Below, piece after piece: positions 13,481-26,571 of a DNA stretch of 64,000 bases. The notes beneath the pieces are model-generated. The model had not been told where the DNA came from and made no database searches. It was given only the letters and a program-made list of their open reading frames with translations. Source of the stretch: Chrysomallon squamiferum (Eukaryota > Animalia > Mollusca); contig CM022671.1 in the NCBI GenBank assembly GCA_012295275.1, positions 5,952,001 to 6,016,000 of the forward strand. Reading direction: 5' to 3'. Within the stretch, counting starts at the first letter, position 1, and the number at the start of each line of letters is the position of its first letter. Position numbers and translations under genes: made by a program.

Positions 13481-13792
13481 ATTGGATTTGTCTAAATTTA
13501 ATTTTTACATTATTGCCAAGTCCTTCTCCAGCGTTATTTATTTATTTATTTATTTATATAATGTATGAAATGAAACACAGATCAGCTGATTCAGAAACTG
13601 TATCGTCACATTCTGATGAGATCAATTTACAAATAGTTGTTGCTGTTTTCTTTCCCTCCACAACTTTTAGATTTTTTCTCGAAAATCCAGTTGATAGTTA
13701 ATAGTTGTTGTTCTTTGCTAAGACTTTTCAGTTACTGCTTTTAAAGCTTCCCAAAGCTTAGCGGGTTTCAACAAATTCAGGTACGAGAAAAC
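13481..13792 (-). other. Probable 5' UTR part of K2P coding exon 1
   Basis: Acceptor with a branch-like CTAAAC and pyrimidine tract (tttctaaacatcgttttttctttttcAG) ending at 13793. Confidence 0.6.
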
Positions 13793-14310
13793 CTGAAAAA
13801 GAAAAAACGATGTTTAGAAAGTGAAATGATGTCATTAACTCAAGTCATTGGATTTTGAATAATAATAATAATAATAATTGATAGATAGATAGATAGATAG
13901 ATGGATAGACAGACAGACAGACAGACAGATAGATAGATAGATTTGTAAATGTTAAAACAACAACATCCAAACAGATACATAATTGCAGGAGTAAAACGAT
14001 AAATTCTAACTTTACGAAAACAAACAAAAATAACCACTGGGTGTTTATATTGTGTTTATATATAGTTTTGTTTGTATGTAGAATGTAAGTAATATGCATG
14101 TGTGTGCCTCACTTCAGATGCAAAAAAAAAAAAAAAAAACAATTTTTAGGTTATAAGGTAACAAATACGTTTTAGCAAAAAATATTTATACTGAATATTA
14201 TCAGTCAGATAATGAAACCAGTAAAATATATATATATTTTTAATCTGATTTAATAACAACGAATGTTTGTTATAGAGAGCTAAATATAAGAGTTTATTAA
14301 GAAATAAATC

Positions 14311-14836
14311 TTACAAGACATAAAGTTACACACACTGTATAAATAACAAATATTCTCAAATAAGTATTCAACTTGCACGACATAAAGTAACACACAATGT
14401 ATAAATAACAAATATTCTCAAATATGTATTTAACTTACAAGACATAAAGTAACACACAATGTATAAATAACAAACGTTCTCAAATATATATTCAACTTAC
14501 AAGACATAAAGTAACACACAATGTGTAAATAACAAATATTCTCTAATATATATTCAACTTACAAGACATAACGTAACACACAATGTACAAATAACAAATA
14601 TTCTCAAATATATATTTAACTTACGACACTAAAGTAACACACAATGTATAAATAACAAATATTCTCAAATATATATTTAACTTACGACACTAAAGTAACA
14701 CACAATGTGTAAACGCACGGTGGTGCGTCTGGAAGTTCTGGCAGCGGGGTGGGGAAGTCATAACAAATATTCTCTAATATATATTCAACTTACAAGACAT
14801 AACGTAACACACAATGTGTAAATAACAAATATTCTC
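14311..14836. repeat. Minisatellite, about 62 bp unit, about 8 copies, with an internal foreign insert
   Basis: Unit TTACAAGACATAAAGTAACACACAATGTATAAATAACAAATATTCTCAAATATATATTCAAC starts at 14311, 14373, 14435 and onward. Confidence 0.92.
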
Positions 14837-15582
14837 CCACTAGTTCAGGAACGGTAAAGACACGCTCGCCGACACGTACATGTTATACAGTCAGTGTGTG
14901 TGTTGTGCACGCTCTGAGACGCACGGTGGTGCGTCTGGAAGTTCTGGCAGCGGGGTGGGGAAGTCATTAGTCGGATGATGAAGCTGGTTAAAGAAGCGTG
15001 GTTTACGATTAAAGCTAACTGTTAGCAACGTTCACTGTGGCGTGAGCTGATTAGTCGTTTTAATAAGAAAAGCACCAACAATAACAATAATAATAATAAT
15101 AATAATGCATATATATACATAGACGTTCAGAGAGAGAAAGACATTTGCACTTCATATACATGTGTATTATTATATATATATACATATATATGTGTCTGTG
15201 CGTGTGTGTGTCTATATATCTATCTACCCTATCTATCTAGCTATCTCTCTTTCTATATATCTATCTATATAATAAACTAATTAACGACCACTGATTCCAA
15301 CCGTAGCATCTTCTATAAATGGTCACTTATTAAACAGAAATGTCAGGTAAAGTATATATAGATATACCTATAGGTATACCTATATAAACGTGCCACTCAT
15401 ATATAAACAAACGTTTAGCAACATTTAATGAAGGCTGAAGAAAAAGAACCTCTTACATATCACAAGAACACACACACACACACACAAAACCTTCATTAGA
15501 AAGTATATACACATATTTATTTCCTTCTCTATATAACGTTTACTCGAATAATATGAATTAATTACATTTCAGTAAAAGAACC

Positions 15583-15633
<51 letters not shown>

Positions 15634-16142
15634 GCATTATAGATCTGAATAGATTGTTATTGCCGTATTATTTTACATGTAAATACGTACAAATACGGTG
15701 TAACATTTTCCTACGCTCTCAACACGTGGTATTCACGTTCTTTCGGAGCCCTGCGAGATAATTACGTGCATGAGAATGCAGACAGTGTGTATCTGTTTTA
15801 TCAGGTATTGTTTACCAGTAATTACCGGCGACCTCACGCGCAGGTCACATGGAAGAGAGGCGTAGCGAGCAGACAGAATATTCCAGTTGTGTTCGTGACG
15901 TCTGCTGCTTTCTTTCGTCTTCCGCGTTGCTTAGGAATGTGTTAGCACGCGCGGTAAAGTAACAGACAGAAATTGTCAATTTCGGAGTATGTGGTTCGCT
16001 CGCCTAATTGTACTTAATTAATAATAATTAATAAAAAAAATTAATGTTCTTTTTTTTTTTTTTTATAGTAATCTTTATGCATAGTTAAATTGGAAGATGT
16101 ATATTTGCACAGCATACATACATACTTACGTACATACATACA

Positions 16143-16236
<94 letters not shown>

Positions 16237-17807
16237 TATTCATAGATACAAACACCCATACTGTTACGTACGTAAGTAATCAGCCACAAATACACATTTT
16301 AAAATGTACATTTTTTTCTGTGTATATCATAAAATTTCTTTTTAATGTTCTTTTCGTTGATAATAATTTTACTAAAGGACAAAAAAAAAAAAAATGAAAT
16401 TATGAGTTGAGAACAGGTGTAAGATATTGCTGCAGTTTTGAATTTTATGTATTTAACTTTCAATAAACCAGTACATAAATCTAAATAAAAGACGAGTCAT
16501 AAAAACATACTGTTACAGAGAATTACAGATAAATAATAGAAAAAACTTCATCGATATTACCTGTTTTTTTTAGGTTTTTTTTAAGAAGAAATATAAAGTA
16601 TTTAATTTTTATTTTAAATATATTTATTTGAATATTTATCATTATTATTATTATTTTAAGTTTGATTTAATCAGATTGTTTCAAAAAATGGTATGTATGT
16701 ATGTATGTATGTATGTATGTATATGGGTACATACAGAATGTATATATTGATAATTATCCACAGATAAGGAATTTAAAAACCGTCGGGGAGTGATAGAAAT
16801 GAACCAGACGCTGCACTTAAAATAAATACCCAGGAGAGTGTCAAAGCAAACTTTATCTGTTTTCTTAATCAATTTTTTTTTTAGTCTGCTTTTAGATCTC
16901 ATTAAAATGTGTACATGGGAAGGCTTCATTTTACTTCATTTTACGCTTTGAAATTGACAACACAAACCCGCTAAACCTGAGAACAATACATTTACCTTTG
17001 AGTCTTTAGAAATATCGACAAATTATTTTATAATGTGAGAATTTGAAACAAGAAGGCGCTGTACATATTCGGGTGATTTAGAAATTACTTGTAGTGGTAC
17101 GAATGTAAAAAAAAAAAAAAAAATAATAATAATTTCTGTAATTATAAGTTATTATTTTACTGTTTTAGACGACTTTATAATCGTTAATAAGAAAATATGA
17201 CAATTAAATAATCCTGTTAAAAAAACATTTGAAAACAAATGGGGTCGGATTGAAAACTTTATGTATTTATTTATTTATTATTTTCTGATGGTAGAAGAAA
17301 CTGTAGAAGACATTATCTCATTTTACACGCGAAAACTACAGGAAAATGGCAACGCCCATATATTTTAAACTTCTCTTTTGCTGTTTTACTTCATTATTAA
17401 TTAAGATTGGGCAGCATGAGCAAAATAAAATATATCTTGTAGAATATATTTTGACTATTTATTCGTTTATTTTAAGTCATGTATTCAAATAATGTATTAA
17501 ATACAACGATAGATTTAACTAAATTCAAAATGTTAAAAACCAGTGACATTGTTTAAATATTTGTGTCTGTTACTTCGGTTTGCTAAATTCGCGTTTCGCG
17601 TGCATCATAAAAATACTGTATAACAGTGTTACTTTAATTTACACAGCATTCCATTATAATATTATGTAACATAATAATAATAATAATAGTAGTAGTAGTA
17701 ATAATAATAGTAATAGTAGTAGCAGTAGTAGTAGTAGTAATAATAGTAGCAGTAGTAGTAGTAGTAACTAATACTAAAGCTAATAATAAAATAATAATAA
17801 TAAGTCA

Positions 17808-17880
<73 letters not shown>

Positions 17881-18909
17881 ACACATTTAATTGAATATAA
17901 TATTAATATTTTTTCTTTAACGTATCTATCAACTCTGACCTTTCTTTGCAAATACTCTTTGATCCGACCTAACAGAATGCACTTTTCACAGCTTACAGAT
18001 AAAATGTATTGGCACGGAGCTACCAGACTTATTGAGAAGATTAAAACTAATATTACATAGACTAATAATAAGTAATTACATGTATCTAATTGCAATGTAG
18101 CTGTGAATCTCTGCCAAATTTCTAACAAAACACCTGAAGAAGTTCGAACATACGATAAAAATAACAAATCGATGCGTACATGTGGATTTATAAAAGCAAA
18201 AATTGTCTAAATATATCTTCTGCTCTCTTCCACGTTACGTTTTAATTGTTTTCTTCTGTCCTTCTCAATTAATAACTAAGTGTAAAAACAAAAGAGTTTC
18301 AAAATATCTCAGGATTGCCATGGTTTTGTAGTTATGACGTCATCGCGTTCATTGAGAAAAATCCAGCTGTCAGCTCGCAATGTATGTGATGATGTCACGA
18401 CTCCAGTTGAAATGGTGTAAAATTGTTGCGTTATTATTTATTGTCTTACTTTGTTCTAAATGACAATAAATTGCCCAAAACAATAAAATAATAACCTGGA
18501 AGTATAGAGTGATATATTTTATTTATGAAGTGAGACAATAAACTTTGATAATTCTATAAGCAGCCCTCTCTTAATCATTATCAGGAGTATTTAGTTGTTT
18601 TTTTCTTTTTTTTTTTTTTGTTTAGTATACTGTTTAAGTACATAATTAAACAGGATTAATAAAACGTCTACAAAGAATGCGAGATAATGTATATTAATTT
18701 TGTTGACAAAATAATTATTGAAAGAAAGAGGTATAGAATTTACATAGTAGATTTAAAATAATAATAATAAAACAAAAATTAAATTAAATTAAAAAAAACT
18801 ATATAAATAAATAAATTAATAAATTAATTAATTAAAGTAGTTATGGTTCTTTAAATTTTATTTATTTATTTATTTATTTATTATACAGTTAATATTTTTT
18901 TAATCTTAC

Positions 18910-19275
18910 CTGTCATTTTCATAATTCCATTTTGTCTTCGACTTCATTTTTGTTTTCTCCCATCAAATCATAAAATACTCAAACCAAGTCTAATTAATAT
19001 TCAAATCAATTCACTTCTGCCAACAAACCACACAGACGACAGTCAGTCTCTTCGGTGACATCGGTAGTAAGACTCCAGACTCTTTTGGATTTGCCGACAG
19101 CATCGCCTATGGATAAACGTGACTACAGTAGCTGGGACAACGTCTTGAGAGAATAATAAGAATTGTTGCAGTGTATGTTTGTCCGCTACCTGTTTTAACC
19201 ATTACAACATTCTCGTTTGCGTGCGCCCGAAGCCAATACGGTTTCTGCGGAAATCACGGGTGCACATGCGCACCA
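18910..19275 (-). promoter_or_regulatory. Candidate promoter and non-coding first exon of the K2P gene
   Basis: Strong donor CAG|GTAAGA at 18910/18909. Upstream CpG-containing segment carries CCAAT (19233-19237) and an NRF1-like near-palindrome GGTGCACATGCGCACC (19259-19274). The TSS position and the link to the K2P gene are inferred. Confidence 0.35.
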
Positions 19276-19402
19276 GAAAGTTAGGCTATACTAAACCATA
19301 ACAAGTGGGCAATTATCGTTCGAACGGTGTTTCAAGTTGCAGTTTATATTCGTTGTCTGTGACTTTTGTTTTGTATTTTCCCAGGTGTGGTTTTTGTGGA
19401 AG

Positions 19403-19604
19403 CAGGGGCGGATTATGCTTTAGATAAAGGGGGTGGGGGTTTCTGAAACTATATGTAAATAAAAAATATAAATTTTTTTTATCGTGTCTCACCGTGATTT
19501 AGTCCTATCATGAGGAGTATTTTTATTTTATTTTTTGTTTTTGTTTTTTTAATCTGTTCGGGGTTCGTGAAAAAAAGGGGAAACCACTCCATAATCCGCC
19601 CCTG
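19403..19604. mobile_element. Non-autonomous DNA transposon (MITE), hAT-like, about 202 bp
   Basis: Perfect 15-bp terminal inverted repeats CAGGGGCGGATTATG (19403-19417) and CATAATCCGCCCCTG (19590-19604). The 8-bp flanks TGTGGAAG and GGAGGAAG match at 6/8, like a decayed TSD. Confidence 0.7.
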
Positions 19605-19675
19605 GGAGGAAGGTGTTCGTTTTATTCACAGGCTTGTAACAGCTTAGTAACACAAGTTCAGCTCGTTACTGTTAT

Positions 19676-19713
<38 letters not shown>

Positions 19714-19942
19714 TTATTATTATTGTTATTATTATATTATTATTACTACTACTACTACTACTACTATTATTATTATTATTACTACTACTACTACTACTAC
19801 TATTATTATTGTTATTATTATTATTATTATTATTACTACTAATATTATTACTATTATTATTATTATTACTACTACTACTACTACTACTACTATTATTGTT
19901 ATTATTATTATTATTATTTATTTTTTATTTATTTATTTAATT

Positions 19943-19992
<50 letters not shown>

Positions 19993-20349
19993 TATTATAG
20001 TTTTTTATTTATTTATTTATTTTAATTTTATTTATTTTTATGATTATTATTATTATTATTATTTTTTTTTTTGTAAGATTCTTGAATGGTAATAACAAGG
20101 TTCCCTGCAGATTTTCTGCCCAAAGTGCAAACGCTAGATGTCTCAGAGTTTCACATGAGACAGTGTTATCTTGTTACACAGTTCACATGCTCCGCCTGAC
20201 AGACTGTTATCTACGGACACACGGACATAATGTGTCAAGGAAAACACGCCGGAGCTGAGATCGTATCGTCCATAGTAACTCGGTGTTTAAAGATAAGCTG
20301 GAGTTTATTTATTTATTTATACTTGTGTTTGTGATTATATTTAAGTATG

Positions 20350-20421
<72 letters not shown>

Positions 20422-21299
20422 ACAGAATGAGTCTTAAAGAAAAGGACAAAAAAAACTCACTGAAGAACGAAATCATTTCTTTTTTTTAAAGATTGCGAAT
20501 CAGAGAAAAATGTCGAAAAAGAGAGAAAGAGACAAAAACAGAAACAAACTGAGATAAATATATAGATATTTTTTATTATTTGTATTTTTTTCAAAGACAA
20601 CACACACACACACAGTGAATGCCATTTTCTTTTTATTTCAAACTTCCAGTGCACGTTTTAGTACAAAATAATAATTACAATCTCCGCACTTTATTCCATC
20701 ACATTTTGTGATACCGCCTTCAGAAGCGACAATAAATGTAAATATTAAACTCACATGTACAATTTTTCTCTTTCTGCGTGCACTGAACATTTTGTATGAA
20801 CTACGCTTAATTGGCTTACGTCAGAGAGAGGTTTCAGTCAGATTGTTACCTTCGCGGTAATACCAGTCTACTAGAGAAGTGTAGATGCGGCAAAGAGAAA
20901 TACATTAACCTCCACATATTGTAAATTAAGATTGTATCTTTATTCAAGACGTATCCACATTAATTCTAATTAGCGGGGGAAAATTTTCAGTTTCTATCGC
21001 TTTAATACGATATAAAATATGACGTAATGAAATATTATCGTCATAATTATCATCCTCGGTGTATTTAGCGTGATTATTTTCATTATTTTTGTTTTTATTT
21101 ATTTATTTATATATTTATTTATTTGCTTGTTTGTTTGTTTGTCTATTATTATTATTATATATATATATATAATTTTTTTGTTGGTTTGTTAGTTTGTTTT
21201 AGGTGTGGGTGAAGGGAGAATTGTTCTGTTTCGTTACTCTAAACGACATGATAAATCAATTTTCCGAGATATTTTCTTATAAAAATTAGTTCTTCTTTT

Positions 21300-21392
<93 letters not shown>

Positions 21393-21416
21393 CCTCTCTC
21401 TCTCTCTCTCTCTCTG

Positions 21417-21634
21417 GGCTAGGGTTAGCGTTAGGCTTATGTCTATGGTTAGGGGTAGGGTTAACGTTAGGGTTTGGGTTATGTTGTGTTATGGTTATGT
21501 CTATGGTTTAGGTGTTAGTGTTAGTGTTAGTGTTAGGTTTTAGGTTTAGGGTTAAGGTTTGTGTTAGGGTTAGGGTTGGTGTTAGTGTTTGTTTGTTTAG
21601 GGTTTGTGTTTGTGTTAGGGTTAGGGTTAGGTTT
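21417..21634 (+). repeat. Degenerate interstitial telomere-like (TTAGGG)n tract
   Basis: 6-bp periodic TTAGGG/TTAGTG/TTTGTG/TTATGG units, including exact GGGTTAGGGTTAGG; flanked by (CT)n and (AAT)n. Confidence 0.8.
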
Positions 21635-21641
21635 AATAATA

Positions 21642-21685
<44 letters not shown>

Positions 21686-22443
21686 TCAACAATAATAATA
21701 ATAATTTAATAAGTGTATAGGTATATTTCATAGACAGAAAAAAAGTACATATGTACTTTACGTCTAACGTAAAGTAAGATAACAAACAGAAAGCTGGACA
21801 GAAAATTCCAGCTATAAATATAGTCGTTGTTACAGTTTATCTTTAGCATAATAACCACGTGTGTCATCTGTAACAAGCCACAGGATGTGTGTAGTGTGTG
21901 TATAGTGTGTGTATAGAGTGTGTATAGAGTGTGTGTAGTGTGTGTGTAATGTGTGTAGGTGCGTGGGGTTTGCATTTGACTTTGCGCATGTGTGGGTGTG
22001 TATGTGTCTTTAATGTGTTTGTGTATATGTGTGTGTATGGCCATATTTGTTTATATGTATGTGTTTATTTATTTTATTTTATTTATTTACTTACTTATAT
22101 TAGTGTTTGTGATTAAGTACTTTTTTGAGTGTCCGTTTCTATCAGTATGATGCACTTGTTTGGAAAAAAATGTTAACTTTTTTTTTTTTTTTTTTTTTTT
22201 CGCCTAGGAATGTGTTCTACTTGAAATGCCACTTAGGTAAATGTTGCTTTAATCCGGCGAAGCATGTTTGCCTGTTAACCACGAAGCAGCATTCTGCATA
22301 CAAACCAAAAGCAGGTTTGTGTCAAAATATCTACTTCAGTTCTCTGTTTTAGCACAAACAAGATTAACACGCCATTTGCCAGGCATGTCCAGTTAATGAC
22401 TTAGTGCATCACCATAGCAACCGATAATAATTAGATAACTGTG

Positions 22444-22520
<77 letters not shown>

Positions 22521-22867
22521 TACAGTGTATTTCGATCTATTCGTCCATGCAAAACTATGACAGGCAATTTAACCATTTGAAGAAGTCTGACGATTGCATT
22601 TTGGCTGCCGTTTTGGATTTATGTAAAAGAAAAAAAGACATTTGAGTTCCTATGGTCTGTGTATTTGATTTGATTTGATTTGATTTGATTTGATTTTATT
22701 ATTTATTTTATTTTATTTTATTTATTTATTTGTTTGTTTATTTATCTGTCATTTACCGAACCTTCAGCTCTTTCAACCAAGATTTTAATTTTCTGACAGA
22801 AGGGAACATTTATTTTTTTCAAAGTTTTATCATTTAATGTACCATTACGTTAAGTTTTTTTATAGTG

Positions 22868-22911
<44 letters not shown>

Positions 22912-24603
22912 AAGAAAAAAAGTTCACATTTAGCAGGTGCATTCTTTACTCGTAAATTCTCTCTGCAGTTGTTAACTAATTACATTTTTGGCGGCGAGTT
23001 AAACTGATCACGTGACGTGTACTAATCAATAAAAATTAAACACAACAACATTTTCGCCATAACGCTACCGACAACTCATCAACAATCGTTCTTCTCGTTT
23101 GATGTTCACAAACATTCATCTCTGCGGTCCTGTTTGTTTTAGCTCTAAGTGTAAGAAGAAACTCATAAGCGAGGTCTGGGTGTTTATTGTTTTACCAACT
23201 CGGTGCGGCCGGCTTCGAGCCAGTAGCGGAACAGTGGCCCGTGTTAATGAGTCACTTTGTGAAATCCATTAAAACATCACGTGAAGATCCCCGGCTTTGG
23301 CCAATTAACTTACTGCTTCGTAAAGTTCGTGTAATGGCGGGGGTCTTGCAGACGTAAACAGCTGTTGCGTGGAACTGTGTGAAGATTGGTGGCCCGTGGA
23401 GACTACAGGGTCGACTGAGAACAAATTCAGAAAGTTCTGTAAATCGTTTAAAGATGGAATTTCGTGTTATAATAATTAGTGTGTGTGCAGTATCGCAGCG
23501 GGTTCGAGAATAGACAGTTCGTTACAAACATGTTAGTGTGATTTTTTAAAATAGTTTTTAAATGATTAAGAAACGAATAAATGGTTTAGTAAAATTAATT
23601 TTTATTTTCAAGTTATTATTTTTTGGATCCTGTTATCAAAATATGTTTTGTTATTAATTAAGATTGGGTGTCAGAATTACAACTAAAACAACGTGGAAAT
23701 GTTTTTGGACTATATTTAGTGGCAATGCTAACGGTTGCTATGGGCGCTCGCTATTTTATTTCTTCAGCAATGGCGAATTCCCAAATTCAAAATGTTACGC
23801 TCATTTACTATACGTTTTAAAGTAGAATGAGATCAAATGTCAGTTTATTTTGTTAATGAAATTTCTTAAAAAGACGTAATTGAAAAATAACAACTTTTTT
23901 ATTTCGGAAGAATCGTAAAAAGGGAAAAAGTCGATTACGTTGAACAGATTATTTAAATGGAACATTCTGACTCATCTTCTTTCACATAATACCTTGTTTT
24001 GGGTTGTTTTTTTAAATATCCCCGTATTTATTGTTTTATACACATTTGAAGTGAAGCGGTGGGGCCCTATTTGTGAAAAATAACCCTGAGGAACGACAAC
24101 TGTGTTTGGTCATCTGCAGAAAATTAATAAACATCAAAAGAACAGAAAAATTACCTGTTCACGAACGACAACTCTTACTCAAGAATGATCAAAAAGGGCC
24201 TTAAACATAATATTTAATAAAGATCTCTCTTGAAATAAGTTTTTGGTGACTTAAGGTTGACTTTCATAAAAAAAAACCAAAAAAAACCCCAACAAAACAA
24301 AACAAACAAACAAAAAAACCAAACAAACCCGTCAACATACCGAAACACGGAAAATGGATTATTGAAAACGTTGAAATATCTATTGCACTATTACAGATAT
24401 CTTCCAAAAGTTTTTGTTTTTATATTATGGAATTTAAGTTTTCTTTTAACTGGTATAGAATACATCTTCATTTGACAATTAAATATATACATATATATTT
24501 ATATATTTAGACTCTTCCTGCGTATTACCAAATGTCGTGACAATAAAATAATACTGTTACAAATGATTTGTATTTCTTCAGGAGTCCTGGTTGATCGATA
24601 CCT

Positions 24604-24658
<55 letters not shown>

Positions 24659-25348
24659 TTTTTTTAGAACAAAACTTTTAGTCCACAATGAACGAGATGG
24701 CATCATCATCAACATCATAAAAAAAAAAAAAAAAAAAAAAATTAAAAAAAAGAAAAGACGACAAGAAACTGTACAAAAACCCAATAAAACATAACTGAGA
24801 AGGATGCATAATATATTTAAATTCCCTTTTTCTTCTTTCGCATCACACAAGTTTTGTGTGTCATACTTTGCATTATAAAATAATATTCAGCGATTGCCTA
24901 TTGTGTACGAATAATAAATAACAAATGTATCTTGCTAACGGTTTTAAAATAATATTTCAAATTATTATTTTTTTTCCGACGGGTAACGAATGAGTACGAG
25001 GTAAGTACGAATATTCACGAAAAAAAAGTATTTTAAAAGCAGATTATAATTAGCTGTAATCTTTCATTAAACCACTAAGTCTGACTTATTTTATGATCCA
25101 GATATAAAATTCTTTTTTCCTTACGAAACTAGATTTTCCAAACATTATAATTATTGTAGAAAGCATTAAAAATAAAAATCTGAATACGTAAAGCTTACCT
25201 AATCTTTATTGAAGTGATAAATTTATGATTTTGAAATATTAATAACAGAACAACAAACAAAACTGTTTATAAACAAAACATTAAAAACAACATTTTGTTA
25301 AGTAGTATGTTTTCGTGCGTGTTTGTGCGTGCGTGATAGAATGGTCTC

Positions 25349-25411
<63 letters not shown>

Positions 25412-25723
25412 AACAACAACAATAATAAAGTAAAATCTTGAAATTTACAGAATAAACTTAATTAGTAAATGAAATTAAATAGTTCTCTTAGACTTCATAC
25501 AAGGTTTCTCTAAGACTTCAGACATAAATAAATGTTTGCTTCTTTTTAATTTTTTAAATTTAATTTAATTATTATTTTATTATTATATTATTTTTTTTCC
25601 TGAATTTTCAGTTTCACTTATTGGCCATAAAACTGAAATTTGCGGAATCTGGTATTACATACACAGCAATTGTCTTTTCATTTCAATTATTAATAAAGAG
25701 GTTATCTAATGATTTCAGTGATA

Positions 25724-25754
<31 letters not shown>

Positions 25755-26571
25755 ATCCATCCATCCATCCATCCATCCATACATACATAACATTAATTAA
25801 AAATAACAACAAGCCAGTGCGTTCCAGAATATTGTCTACGTGCAGATTCTAACCATAAGACAGAGAATATTCAAATCCTAAAATACATACATACATGCAT
25901 ATATACCTATACTCAGAAATAACAATAATTAATAATAAAGAAAAAAAAAAAAAAAAAAAAAAAAATAAAATAAAATAAAATAATAATAATAATAAAAAAA
26001 AGAAAAAAGGTTACAACGATTGTTAATCTGATGCAAGTCACTCGTTTAATAACTAATTTTTCAGCAAAGATTAAATACACAAATATAAAGAAATATACAC
26101 AATACAAATGTGTTTTAGAATATTTACGGTAAATAACTGTAAAACAATAAATAACAAACCACGACAGAAACACTATAAATACTTGAGAACAAATAGTTTC
26201 TAAGACATAGATTAAATACAGAAGACGCACAAACCATTAAAGTTAAATTACAGACGTACACGAAACAATGTATAATACAAAGAACACATCTGTAGCATTA
26301 CACCGTATCTGCAGCAAAACAAAATATATGTTTACAGTTAATACGCCTTGTGTGCAGGAAAAGGATATACGCACATTGATTCAAGTCACTCGTTTAATAA
26401 ATTATATTTCAGCAAAGATTAAATACACAAACATAAAGAATAATACACAATAAAAATATGTGTTAGAATAATAACAGTACAATACGTCTTATTTGAAGCA
26501 AAATATCCATCTAACTGAAGGCAACGAACTGTTGTTATATGCTAATATTAAATCAGTTTTGTTGACTTTGT

